Shown: in pieces, positions 1 to 9,399 of the stretch
How the letters are laid out: each line of letters begins with the position of its first letter
How positions within the stretch are numbered: position 1 is the stretch's first letter
DNA from: Candidatus Uhrbacteria bacterium RIFOXYC2_FULL_47_19
GTDB taxonomy: Bacteria > Patescibacteriota > Patescibacteriia > SG8-24
Direction of reading: 5' to 3'
DNA: 64,000 nucleotides
Assembly (NCBI GenBank): GCA_001791745.1
Contig: MGFG01000020.1
Location: 10,712 to 74,711 of the forward strand
The notes under the pieces: model-generated
Databases searched by the model: none
What the model was told of the DNA's origin: nothing
The model's input: only the letters and a program-made list of their open reading frames with translations
Program-made: the position numbers and the translations under genes

Positions 1-6
1 GGTACT

Positions 7-282
7 ATGGGGTTTACCTATGTCTACGTTTTAGTTAGCGGTCGTGACGGCAAGTTCTACGTCGGTCAGACCAACGATCTCAGAAGGCGATTGCGTCAGC
101 ATCAGTCCGGCATGAACAGGTCTACCGCTGGGCGCCTTCCGGTCATGCTCGTTTTCTATGAGGCTTACCTAAGCAAGGGCGACGCTCTTCGGCGAGAGCG
201 ATATTTCAAGACCACGAAAGGAAAGGTCACGCTTCGTGCCATGCTGGCTGACTATCTGAAGAGTGGGACTGTCCGAAATTGA
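7..282 (+). CDS. GIY-YIG nuclease family protein (small stand-alone type)
   Basis: YVYVL...FYVGQTNDLRRRLRQH...YEAY...ALRRERYFKT motifs; 91 aa. Confidence 0.9.
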   Translation: MGFTYVYVLVSGRDGKFYVGQTNDLRRRLRQHQSGMNRSTAGRLPVMLVFYEAYLSKGDALRRERYFKTTKGKVTLRAMLADYLKSGTVRN

Positions 283-297
283 GAGGACTTTAGTTTC

Positions 298-361
298 GCC
301 ACCCCGTACAACGAAGCGGCCCATTCGGGGCCGCGAGGCGATGATCCTAGTCCCGCAGCCA
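298..361 (+). repeat. tRNA-tail element copy 1, ending in tRNA-Gln-like 3' end TCCTAGTCCCGCAGCCA (345-361)
   Basis: 17-nt tail is identical to 2137-2153; upstream GCCACCCYGTACAANGAAGC-hairpin block is shared with 2090-2136; TCCCGCA-G-CCA fits a U1-A72/G73 tRNA-Gln acceptor end. Confidence 0.75.
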
Positions 362-364
362 CGT

Positions 365-394
365 CCAAAAACCGCCGTAACAGGGGGTTTTTGG
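365..394 (+). terminator. hairpin directly after tRNA tail copy 1
   Basis: CCAAAAACC...GGTTTTTGG inverted repeat. Confidence 0.55.
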
Positions 395-522
395 GTGGGG
401 TTCATCAAACTGGAAATTCAAAACCCCGGTCGCACTAAGTGGTGTGCTTCCGGGGTTTGTCGGGTCAAGTGACCTCGTCGTCCATGCGACCCTTGCATGG
501 CGAGGCTTAGCCTTCCGGTTAC

Positions 523-1596
523 CTACCGGTGGCTGTTGAACTTCCCCATCAGATCCACCAGGGTGGCGGACCCGGAGGGGGCGTCTTCCTTTTCGGGCTT
601 CGGGGCGGGCGGCGAGACGGCCCCGCCGGTTCCCGCCTCCTCGATGTACCAGCAGACCCCGAGAGGGTCGGCCCCGAGGAAGAAGTCGGGGTCGCCGGAG
701 ACCCGGACCACCTCAGCCTTCTTCCTGGCGCGGCCGCAGGACATCTCGTGCTCGTCGAGCCTTGAGACGTCCAGCCTTTCGACCTTCCCCATGAAGGCCC
801 TCACCCTCTCGACGTCGCCGTCGAAGGCGAGGAACAGGCCTTCGGGGAGGCCACTCTCGCGGGCCGCCCTATCTCGGTCGGACTCGAAGGCTGGGACCTC
901 GGTCTCCGTCCCCGGAACCACCGAGACGGTCACGGAGACGTAGCCGCCGCCGTGCCCGCTGGCGTGAGAGACGGCTAGCACGGTGCCGAGCATACCGACG
1001 ACTGTGACGTTGTCCTTCTCCCAGTCCCTTGACGGGTCCAGGAGGCGCAGCTCGCCGCCGTGGCCCTGGATGCCCTTCGGGCTGGTCCAGAACCCCTCCT
1101 TGCACTGTCGGCGGGTGGGGGAGCCGAACGACACCACCACGGTCTCGTTGTCTCGGTCCGCCTCAGCCTCGTCGGCCGCCTCGTCGAGCTCGTCGAGCTT
1201 CCTGTCGACCTCGTCGAGCGCGGCCGCGGCCTTGGGCCGCCAGGAGCGCAGGAAGGTCATCGCCGACGGGACGCTGATCTCGAGGGCGTTGGCCACGTCG
1301 GCCCAGGTGTCGACCGGGCGGCCGAACCGGACCGCGTCGCACAGTCCCTCGACGAACCGGCCGGTCTCCCAGCCGTCGCGTCCGCTGACGGCACGGACGC
1401 CGCGGGCGGTCTCGATACGGTAGGTGGTGCTGGACCACTTACCGTTCTTCTGGTAGTCGTGGCCGCGGACGACCGCGACTCTCTCGATGTCCTGCCCCTT
1501 GAAGGGGAGGACTCGCTCGTCCTCGGTGATGAGGAGGAGCCAGGGGCGTAGGCTTCGGTGTCCGAGTCCGTCGTTCCAGCTAATAATGGTCGTCAT
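523..1596 (-). CDS. hypothetical protein, very GC-rich cargo gene with possible internal HTH-like segment
   Basis: Long ORF with strong GC3 bias; ATG at 1596 follows purine-rich GGGAGAGAAGAA; segment TWADVANALEISVPSAMTFL. Confidence 0.7.
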   Translation of the reverse strand: MTTIISWNDGLGHRSLRPWLLLITEDERVLPFKGQDIERVAVVRGHDYQKNGKWSSTTYRIETARGVRAVSGRDGWETGRFVEGLCDAVRFGRPVDTWADVANALEISVPSAMTFLRSWRPKAAAALDEVDRKLDELDEAADEAEADRDNETVVVSFGSPTRRQCKEGFWTSPKGIQGHGGELRLLDPSRDWEKDNVTVVGMLGTVLAVSHASGHGGGYVSVTVSVVPGTETEVPAFESDRDRAARESGLPEGLFLAFDGDVERVRAFMGKVERLDVSRLDEHEMSCGRARKKAEVVRVSGDPDFFLGADPLGVCWYIEEAGTGGAVSPPAPKPEKEDAPSGSATLVDLMGKFNSHR

Positions 1597-1756
1597 TTCT
1601 TCTCTCCCGCCGCCGTTGGCGGCTTTTCCTGTCCTGCCCATGCGGACGGTCACCATGACCTTCAGACTGTGGCTTCGTGCCGGTGTCTTGTTCGCGTGGG
1701 CTTGGCTGCGTTTGGCCTGTTCCTTTGTAAAGGTTCAAACCAAAGAACTTAGCCTC

Positions 1757-1785
1757 AGAATAGCATATTTTCACTTAAATGTCAA
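1757..1785 (-). promoter_or_regulatory. sigma70-type promoter for the cargo gene
   Basis: Minus strand TTGACA-17 nt-TATTCT with extended -10 TG. Confidence 0.65.
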
Positions 1786-1937
1786 GTATCGATTGTCAGT
1801 AATTGGTTTAATGTCTAGAAATCAATGTTTTTTGTGGATAAAGTGCATCTTTCTCGTTTTTTATGTCTGTTTTCGACACTTTCGACAGTATTTCCAGGAA
1901 CTAATCTACGGTGCAGAGGGTTCTAACTTCGTTCAAC

Positions 1938-2184
1938 AGCCCCAGCCAACAAATGTGGACCATCCATCGGGTGGTCCACATTTGTTTGTCTCTGAGGTAC
2001 GGGGACTCGAACGGGTGGGAGCGAGCCAGGCCCGGCGTTCACTAGGTCACAGCGAGCGACGGCGGACCCGAGCCGGCGGAGGGTTCGATGCCACCCTGTA
2101 CAAGGAAGCCCGCCGTTCGGGCGGGTGACGCGGAAGTCCTAGTCCCGCAGCCACCAGGGCATGACCGTAAGGTCGTGTTTTGGT
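1938..2184 (+). repeat. gene-less tRNA-tail element: degenerate tail, hairpin, inverted tRNA T-arm/tail, internal hairpins, full tail, hairpin
   Basis: CCCCAGCCA 1940-1948; 14-bp perfect stem 1949-1985; CTGAGGTACGGGGACTCGAAC 1992-2012 (reverse complement GTTCGAGTCC...CAG); tail 2137-2153; hairpin 2153-2184. Confidence 0.7.
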
Positions 2185-2456
2185 ATATTTGAAAAGACAG
2201 ACAATGCTGCTAATAGCGACTTAACTGCCAATAATCATGAACGCCTATATAGATCAATTACGTCGTGAGCCAACGTCCGAAGATGAGGTGAGAGCCGGGT
2301 CAGGCGGAGATAATGGTTAGGGATAACGAACTGGTTTTTGAAATTGGCGGTGCAGTGAAGGGATCCCGCAAGATCAGCCCCGAAGAAAAGCGGGCCATCA
2401 TAGATTTGGGATTTACGGAAGATTAGGTACGGCAGTTCCGAACGCGTCCAGGACGG

Positions 2457-2495
2457 GCAGCCAACAAGAGCAGGTTTCTCCGAGGTCTGTTTTTG
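2457..2495 (+). repeat. degenerate tail copy (GCAGCCA) plus hairpin
   Basis: GCAGCCA followed by CAAGAGCAGG...TCTGTTTTTG stem, same layout as the other copies; only a 7-nt match. Confidence 0.4.
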
Positions 2496-2632
2496 CAATT
2501 TCAAAATTCTCGCCTCGTCTCTTTTCGGTGCTCGTGACGTCACACCCCGTCTTCTCCTGGCAGGTATTTATTGCTAAGTTGATACGGACTTAAGACCGTA
2601 AAAGGTTTGGAACCCCACCCAACCCAACACCT

Positions 2633-4240
2633 ATGGACAGAAGCCGAGCCGAGTTTGCTGATTTTGGTCACGAAAGAAGGGAGACAGAGAAGAAGGCGAT
2701 CGAGATGCTGGAGTTTTCTCGCTTCCGTCTGAGTTTTATGGCCCTGGAGGACTTTGACCCCGAGCCGGGCGACAGTGAAGTAGAAATTCCCCCCGAAATG
2801 AAAAGGGTGATCGATCGTCAGGACGACAGTGCCCATACCTACGAAAAAACCGTACAGAAGTCCGGTTGGCAAAAAGACATCATGTCTTTCGCTGAGGACT
2901 TCATCGGAGGTGAAGGACAGAGGATTGGGGAAGTTTTGGGGATCGAGGACATCAGGGACCTTTCGCCCAGACAGGCCGTAGGGCTCACGATCAGGACCGT
3001 GCTTTCCCTGACTCGGTATTCCCGCAAGGACGGAAAACCTTACGGGGATAGGGCTGACAACAAGACGGTTCTGGAACTGCTGAGGGAAGGTCAGGAAAAC
3101 TCGGGACGGTCGGACTGGGAGGGAAACGGCGTCTGTCGAAATTTTGCCAGCATTACCAAGGCGCTGTTTGAGTCGCTGAAGGGTGGCCAGCGCGACCCCC
3201 GAAAGTTGCGTAATCTGCATTGCGCCTACCAGGTCGACTGTAAAATTCGGCGGGGGAACAAAAGACCGTTCGACAACCATGCCTGGAACTCGTTCTTCTC
3301 CTTCTCAGATGGAAAACTAGACCTGACCGAAGTTGACGTGACTTGGGGCAAATATGATCCGGAGACGGGCAAGGTAAGTGCCTTGGACCAGACGGAGGCT
3401 CGTATAGACGAGCTGCTACGGAAGGTTTTCGTTCAGGTCGAGCCTAAGGACGTCGTTGTCGGACTGGATTACTTTCTTAGGAAAATGAAGTTCGCGGATT
3501 CGGACAAGAGAGATTTTTTTCTTTGGGAAGTCGGAGAGCTTCTTCGGGGCTCGAAGGGGCTGAAGGTCGAGGAAATTCCGTCCGCTACCCTGGCGGCTGT
3601 GATAGAGGAGTTGGACGGTTCGCGTTACGGTCAGTTGATTTTGGATGGGCTGGTTCGCAGAGACATGAGTCCGGAGGAGCTGCCGCCGGCCATGCTCGAG
3701 AGGATCAGGGAGGCGGTTCGCTTTCAGCCCGACACCGGAGCGTTTCTGAAAAAAAGCCGAACAGCCAAGGAGTGGAGACAGGAAAGTCCGTGGAAAACGA
3801 TTGTGACTCAGGACAGACGGTTCGTGGGGTTGGTGCTGGAGGAGTTGGCGAAAAAGGATAATTTCGTCAGGTACCTGGACGAGAACATGAAGCTGAGGTC
3901 GATTGTTCGTCTCCATCGGCCGGATCTTCTGCCTCGGTTTGATCCGGTTCGGGATCGCGGTGACTTTAACGAGCTGAAACACCTGTTGGACAAGGCAGTT
4001 TACGTCAAGAGACCGCTGAAACGGTGGCTGAGGGAACGTGGCCGGGAGGGGTCGTCGTGGGACAGGATCGTTCGGCAGGATGACTATGGTGAGATCGTGG
4101 ATTTTCTGCGGCATTTTTTGAGGGACGTCAATCCGGCGGGATACGATCGTGATCTGTCTCGGGTTTCCGGCTGGAAGATCATTTCGGAGTTTAACGACCT
4201 TTACGAGCGGCTTAGGGATGAGGTTGATTCCGGACGGTGA
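2633..4240 (+). CDS. transglutaminase-like (Cys-His-Asp) domain protein
   Basis: GVCRNFA, NHAWN and VDVTW triad motifs in the expected order. Confidence 0.75.
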   Translation: MDRSRAEFADFGHERRETEKKAIEMLEFSRFRLSFMALEDFDPEPGDSEVEIPPEMKRVIDRQDDSAHTYEKTVQKSGWQKDIMSFAEDFIGGEGQRIGEVLGIEDIRDLSPRQAVGLTIRTVLSLTRYSRKDGKPYGDRADNKTVLELLREGQENSGRSDWEGNGVCRNFASITKALFESLKGGQRDPRKLRNLHCAYQVDCKIRRGNKRPFDNHAWNSFFSFSDGKLDLTEVDVTWGKYDPETGKVSALDQTEARIDELLRKVFVQVEPKDVVVGLDYFLRKMKFADSDKRDFFLWEVGELLRGSKGLKVEEIPSATLAAVIEELDGSRYGQLILDGLVRRDMSPEELPPAMLERIREAVRFQPDTGAFLKKSRTAKEWRQESPWKTIVTQDRRFVGLVLEELAKKDNFVRYLDENMKLRSIVRLHRPDLLPRFDPVRDRGDFNELKHLLDKAVYVKRPLKRWLRERGREGSSWDRIVRQDDYGEIVDFLRHFLRDVNPAGYDRDLSRVSGWKIISEFNDLYERLRDEVDSGR

Positions 4241-4514
4241 GTTCTGTTGAATTGTTTGGGTTTAGAGTTTCGGGTTTCGGTACGTGCAGAGGGTGGTCGG
4301 TCTTAAAGGTCTATCTGCAGACAGTTTGACGGTAGGCAGGCATCAAATTGGAACGATTGGCCGGCGGTCCGGCTGACGGCTATACTAAATAAATGAGCGG
4401 ATTGCCTTTGCGGTCCGTATCTTAAAAAGGCGGATTCGTCGTCAGACGATAGGGCCTTCTTATAGGACTTTCTGCCAAAAGCAGCGCGGTTCGTTGTCTT
4501 TAATCTCCATGTGT

Positions 4515-6182
4515 ATGAAAAGAATCACGATTCTGTCACTTCTGCTCCTGCTGACGCCCTTACTCTCGCCCGGTCTCGCCGCCGCATCTGTCGCCGAAAG
4601 GATCAAGGGAAAGATCGTCTTGCAGGTGGAAAGCCATGGCGAGGCTTATTATGTCTCTCCGGACAATCTTCGGAGATACTATTTGGGCCGACCTCAGGAT
4701 GCTTTTGACATAATGCGGACCATGGGATTGGGAATAACCGACGTCAATCTGGCCAGAATTCCCAAGAGCACAGACGGCTGGACGGGCGACGCGTCCCTCG
4801 TCGGTCACGTCAGGGGTAGGATACTGCTTCAGGTTGAGCAGCACGGCGAGGCTTGGTACGTCTATCCGGACAACGGCAAGAGATACTTTTTGGGACGTCC
4901 TAGCGACGCCTTTAACATCATGAGCAGTTTGGGGCTCGGTATTTCGACTAGAGATCTTTCGACTATCGTCGTGGGTACGATAGCCACAGGTCAGACAGGA
5001 GCGACAGGTGGAGACGGTCAACCAGTACCGGCTGACGAAGAAGATGCGTCAGGCGATGCCGATAGCGGCGATACAATTGTCAACACAAACACTGAAGATC
5101 CCAATTCTGTTGTCGTCAGTAGCGTTTCCGCCCTGGTGAGCGCCATAGAAAACGCCAACGATGGCAGCAAGAAGACGATTCTGGTCGAAGACGGAACCTA
5201 CACGCTAGGCAACATGCTCTGGGTTTCGGCGGACGGGGTTACGGTAAGAAGCCGTTCGGGAAACCGCGAGGCGGTTATCCTGCAGGGCGACGGGATGACC
5301 GGCAGCGTTTCGCATATCTTTAACGTCGCCGGAGACGATTTTACCGTCCGTGATCTGACCCTAAGGAGGGTTGCCAATCATGCAATCCAACTGCAGGTAG
5401 ATGTCGACGGTCTTACTGTCGATAATGCTCATTTCTTGGACACGGGCGAGCAGATGCTGAAGGTCGCCTATGACGCTGGGAACATGTCGGCAAGTTCCGA
5501 TGGTGGTCTTGTTGAAAATAGTTTGTTTGAATACAGCGCCGGCCACGGTCCGCAGTACTACATCGGCGGTGTTGATGCGCACAATGCCAAGAATTGGATT
5601 GTCCGTGACAACGTATTCAAAAACATCAAGAGTCCTAGCGACGACATCGCCGAGTTCGCCATTCACTTTTGGTCTGAGTCGGCGAATACCATAGTCGAGA
5701 GAAATACAATCATGAACTGCGACCGGGGGATCGGCTTCGGTCTCGGCGACCGAGGTCACGTCGGCGGGATCATTCGTAACAATATGATCTACCATGACAG
5801 CTCGGAGGATTTCTCCGACGTGGCGATCGGACTCGAGGATGCCAGAAATTCGCAGGTCTACAACAATACGATCTTTATGGTCAACAGCTATCCGAACGCC
5901 ATTGAGTATCGTTTCGGAAGCACGACAGGGGTACAGATTTACAACAACTTAACTAATCGGGCTATCATCGCCCGCGATGGGGCTTCAGGAACGGTCGCAA
6001 ATAACATTACTAGTGCTCAGGTTGATTGGTTTGTTTCTCCATCGTCGGGAAATCTTCACTTGAGCAGCTCTGTTTACTCAGTCGTCGATCAAGGGCGAAA
6101 CGTTTCCGGATTAACTAATGATTTCGACGGCGAGTCGCGACCGAAGGGCGGCGGAATAGACATCGGCGCAGACGAGCTTTAA
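4515..6182 (+). CDS. secreted protein: two CPR-type N-terminal repeats plus right-handed beta-helix (pectin-lyase-like) domain
   Basis: Signal peptide; two G(K/R)I(V/L)LQVExHGEA(Y/W)YVxP repeats; Asn/Gly-rich beta-helix; C-terminal DFDGESRP...DIGADE. Confidence 0.8.
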   Translation: MKRITILSLLLLLTPLLSPGLAAASVAERIKGKIVLQVESHGEAYYVSPDNLRRYYLGRPQDAFDIMRTMGLGITDVNLARIPKSTDGWTGDASLVGHVRGRILLQVEQHGEAWYVYPDNGKRYFLGRPSDAFNIMSSLGLGISTRDLSTIVVGTIATGQTGATGGDGQPVPADEEDASGDADSGDTIVNTNTEDPNSVVVSSVSALVSAIENANDGSKKTILVEDGTYTLGNMLWVSADGVTVRSRSGNREAVILQGDGMTGSVSHIFNVAGDDFTVRDLTLRRVANHAIQLQVDVDGLTVDNAHFLDTGEQMLKVAYDAGNMSASSDGGLVENSLFEYSAGHGPQYYIGGVDAHNAKNWIVRDNVFKNIKSPSDDIAEFAIHFWSESANTIVERNTIMNCDRGIGFGLGDRGHVGGIIRNNMIYHDSSEDFSDVAIGLEDARNSQVYNNTIFMVNSYPNAIEYRFGSTTGVQIYNNLTNRAIIARDGASGTVANNITSAQVDWFVSPSSGNLHLSSSVYSVVDQGRNVSGLTNDFDGESRPKGGGIDIGADEL

Positions 6183-6212
6183 GATGGGTCGTTGTTTACC
6201 TAACGCGTTCAT

Positions 6213-7391
6213 ATGCACAAAATAATAATGTTCATTGTCGTTTTGGCGATGACCCTGGCTCTGCCGGTCGCCTCCCGTGCGGCAGAGATGCGTAGTGGTG
6301 AAGCTGTCTCGATTAGTGTCAGCCAGATCATCGAAGAGAATCTCTATGCCGCTGGCGGGACGCTTTCGATGGACGGCGAAGTTCGTGGCGACGCCCATCT
6401 GCTCGGCGGAAATCTAACCGTAACCGGACCGGTGTCAGAGGACCTCACTGTGGCCGGCGGATCGCTGATTTTGCTCGGCCCGGTCGGTGACGACGTTCGC
6501 GTCGCCGGAGGCAGCATTACGCTCGGCAGCTCGGTTGGTGGAGAACTGGTTGTCGCCGGTGGTCAGATAACCACTACCCCCGGCCTGTCAGTAGTTGGTG
6601 ATACTGTTATCGCCGGTGGCAGTGTGGTCATCAAAGGCGTCTTCGCTGGAGATGTGACAGTCTATGCCGGCGATGTTCAGGTGGATGGCACCATCGGGGG
6701 CGGTCTCTTCACCACGGCGGAATCGGTCACCCTCGCGTCGGGCGCGGTCGTCAAGGGTGACTTCGCTCACGAAGGTCCGAAGGAGGCGAGTGTCGAGACC
6801 GGTGCCGTCGTTGATGGTGAGCAGACCTATACGCAACGGGATTTCGCGGCTGGCGTACCAGACAAGACTGATGAGTTGATACTCTGGGAATCTTTCGGCA
6901 AGATTTTCGGCGCAATGTTTATCTTCTTCGTGCTGGTGAAGTACCTGGCGTGCCTACTGGTTTCCCTGCTGGCGACTTGGCGGTTGCCGCATCTGTCTCA
7001 GGCCGTAGTCGGTCGTACTCTCAAACATTTTGGCATTGACTTATTGACCGGTTTGTTGATCTCAGTGGTCGCACCGATTGTCCTAGTGCTGCTGTACGTG
7101 ACGGTTGTCGGCTGGTTGGTGGCTTGCATCGTCATGGCAGTTTTAGCTTTAGCCGTCCTGGTTGGCGGCGTCTACTCCACCGTATCTTTTGGAGCTCTGG
7201 TTCGCAGAGTCTTCTCTAAAGGTAAAAAGGATTTTTCGGCCGACTGGAAGAGTTCTCTGCTCGGAACAACTCTACTCACTCTAGTCATACTGATCCCAAT
7301 AGTCGGTTGGCTGGTCGGACTGCTGTTCTTCCTAGCTAGCTTCGGCACCGTAGTTAGGCTGGGCTACGAAGCCCTGTTTCGCCGGCGCTAG
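6213..7391 (+). CDS. bactofilin/polymer-forming-like beta-helix protein with C-terminal membrane domain
   Basis: Signal peptide; repeated GDxxxAGGxxx units; several C-terminal TM helices. Confidence 0.75.
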   Translation: MHKIIMFIVVLAMTLALPVASRAAEMRSGEAVSISVSQIIEENLYAAGGTLSMDGEVRGDAHLLGGNLTVTGPVSEDLTVAGGSLILLGPVGDDVRVAGGSITLGSSVGGELVVAGGQITTTPGLSVVGDTVIAGGSVVIKGVFAGDVTVYAGDVQVDGTIGGGLFTTAESVTLASGAVVKGDFAHEGPKEASVETGAVVDGEQTYTQRDFAAGVPDKTDELILWESFGKIFGAMFIFFVLVKYLACLLVSLLATWRLPHLSQAVVGRTLKHFGIDLLTGLLISVVAPIVLVLLYVTVVGWLVACIVMAVLALAVLVGGVYSTVSFGALVRRVFSKGKKDFSADWKSSLLGTTLLTLVILIPIVGWLVGLLFFLASFGTVVRLGYEALFRRR

Positions 7392-7414
7392 CGTACCTGA
7401 ACGCTGAGCCAAGG

Positions 7415-7445
7415 CCGTCCACCGAACTCCAGTGGGCGGTTTTTG
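7415..7445 (+). terminator. intrinsic terminator
   Basis: CCGTCCAC...GTGGGCGG followed by T6. Confidence 0.7.
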
Positions 7446-8061
7446 CTTTCGATTTTCATGCTGACGACGGCACGAGCGAATAACGCCGCGTTCTGTGGAA
7501 TATGATCATTCAAGTGGTAGTCACATAATCCTCGAAATGTTTATAGCGCAGCCCGAGGACGATGCGGCACCCAGAACCGAGTTCAATGACGACCGAGTCG
7601 TCTGGGTCGATTATGCAGAGGGGTTGCAGACAGACTCGGCCATGAAAATGTCAGACAGTACTACTCAGGTGTCCAAGCGATGATCAAGACAGTCATCGAT
7701 GTCTTTAAGTTGTGGAACCATAGGTAAGATATCATTGTCAGCCGTCACCGTTTATTTTTTGTCGTCTCCTTCGTTAAATAAAAATGCGAGACCCCCAAGC
7801 GGTGATCCCGTTGAGATCTGCACGGGCGTGTGGTTAGGACTGATGCACGTGGTCGATTAACCCGTCATCATCGCTGTCCGCACGCTCAGGTCCGCGGTCA
7901 TGTCGTCGACATTCGCTTCGGTGTGTCGGCGACAACCATCCACAAAAGAACCACGTGTTGTGGAAATTTTGAAATCACTTTCGAAGTATCTCATTATGAG
8001 CTTGTCTGCAAAGTTATAACTAGGCATAGCTTATGGAACCGGAGCCTGTCATAATCCAGGC

Positions 8062-8748
8062 ATGTGTTTTTCTGCAACAGCCAGCTTCGCCGCTGCCGCT
8101 GGTTTGAGTGCCATGGGCGTGGTGACTCTGCGCGAGGCCAAATCGATAGACCGGATTCCGCTCGCGGCCATGCCGCTGCTTTTTGGTGTTCAGCAAGCGG
8201 TCGAAGGTGTGGTCTGGGTCTCACTCAGCGTCCCTTGGCTGCACTCGTCGGCCGCCTTCGTTTATGTGATGTTTTCGCACGTGTTATGGCCGTTCTACGT
8301 TCCATTGGCGGTTGGTGCGCTCGAACCGCCCGGACGAAGAAGGGCTGTACTCAGGATATTTCTGCTCGTCGGCATTGCACTTAGTCTATGGCTTCTGACC
8401 TATGTGCTGCGCGGACCGGTTACTGCGTTCTGTGCTACAGGTAGCATTATCTACCACATGGTCCTGCCGCCTGTACCCTACGGCCTGGCGGTTTACGTAC
8501 TCGTAACTTGCTGTTCCTGTTTGATTTCTGGTCACAAATTTATACGAGTCCTCGGTCTGGCACTCGTGGGTGCGTTGGCCATTTCGCTCTGGTCTTACTT
8601 GACGGCGTTCTATTCAGTTTGGTGTTTCTTCTCGGCTCTTTTGAGCGCTATCATCTACGTGCATTTGAAACACGGAAAAGAGTTGTCTCGGTTGGTTAAA
8701 AAGTACGAGAGTACAGCTCACAGACGTTTCCGTCATGGTGGACGGTGA
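8062..8748 (+). CDS. DUF6629-like membrane protein
   Basis: MCFSATASF N-terminus, QQAVEG and SVWCFF motifs; multiple TM helices. Confidence 0.75.
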   Translation: MCFSATASFAAAAGLSAMGVVTLREAKSIDRIPLAAMPLLFGVQQAVEGVVWVSLSVPWLHSSAAFVYVMFSHVLWPFYVPLAVGALEPPGRRRAVLRIFLLVGIALSLWLLTYVLRGPVTAFCATGSIIYHMVLPPVPYGLAVYVLVTCCSCLISGHKFIRVLGLALVGALAISLWSYLTAFYSVWCFFSALLSAIIYVHLKHGKELSRLVKKYESTAHRRFRHGGR

Positions 8749-8767
8749 CTGATCGAGAAGATCTAAT

Positions 8768-8965
8768 ATGAAAGACGGAACAAGACGAGCAGATATTTTT
8801 CCGGGACAGGCGGTGGCGATTACCTTGAAGCAGGATCAAGGTACGAATGTTCTGACGCAGGGATTTGTTCGGGATATCCTGACTAGTTCAGCAGTCCATC
8901 CGCGGGGGATTAAGGTTCGGCTAACCACTGGCGAGGTTGGGCGGGTGCAAGTGATCGTCGAATAA
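8768..8965 (+). CDS. YwbE/DUF2196 family protein
   Basis: LKQDQ.T..LTQG.VRDILTSS..HPRGIKVRL..GEVGRVQ signature. Confidence 0.9.
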   Translation: MKDGTRRADIFPGQAVAITLKQDQGTNVLTQGFVRDILTSSAVHPRGIKVRLTTGEVGRVQVIVE

Positions 8966-9043
8966 ATCTTTTTAGATCAAAGCCTTTGGTTGGACATGAC
9001 TACTTAAAAGTGAAGCGAAGTCGATTTTGATATACTTCGTTCT

Positions 9044-9253
9044 ATGGCTTTAGCCGTGGGTATCTATCTACTCGGCAGGATCAGCGTGCCGGACAGTTTG
9101 ACTGAAAGACTCGAGAATATGGTTGCATTAGAATCCGGAGACGTACGGAGTATGACCGAACAAGCCCTGATTTTATTGGAGATGGCATCGAAAGGGCCAG
9201 AGCTGTTCCTCTTCAATGGAGGAACTTTTAATCCATACACCCTCATGAAATGA
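9044..9253 (+). CDS. small hypothetical protein
   Basis: 69-aa ORF between neighbouring genes, followed by a terminator-like T run; no recognised motif. Confidence 0.35.
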   Translation: MALAVGIYLLGRISVPDSLTERLENMVALESGDVRSMTEQALILLEMASKGPELFLFNGGTFNPYTLMK

Positions 9254-9399
9254 GGTCTAGCAGATTCGTCGATGAGAGCGATAAGGGCCGCTTCTTGCGC
9301 CTCTTTTTTGTATCGGAGATTTTTTGGCAAGTGTAATTGCGTCTCCTTAAGGGCCGACCCATTGCCAGAACGCCGCGGATTTGGTACCTTCTTCGCCAT

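Noticed and set aside
497-1551. Multiple overlapping plus-strand ORFs
   Set aside because: Shadow ORFs caused by the high GC of the minus-strand gene; low-complexity Ser/Arg/Pro translations.
2060-2153. Complete or intron-containing tRNA gene (GGTTCGA at 2082 and a CCA end)
   Set aside because: No matching 5' acceptor strand (TGCGGGA), D arm or anticodon arm, and no group I core motifs were recognised; only the 3' tail is tRNA-like.
7495-8054. Short ORFs, one faintly like a Nudix C-terminus
   Set aside because: No Nudix box, RBS or convincing start; at most a decayed fragment.
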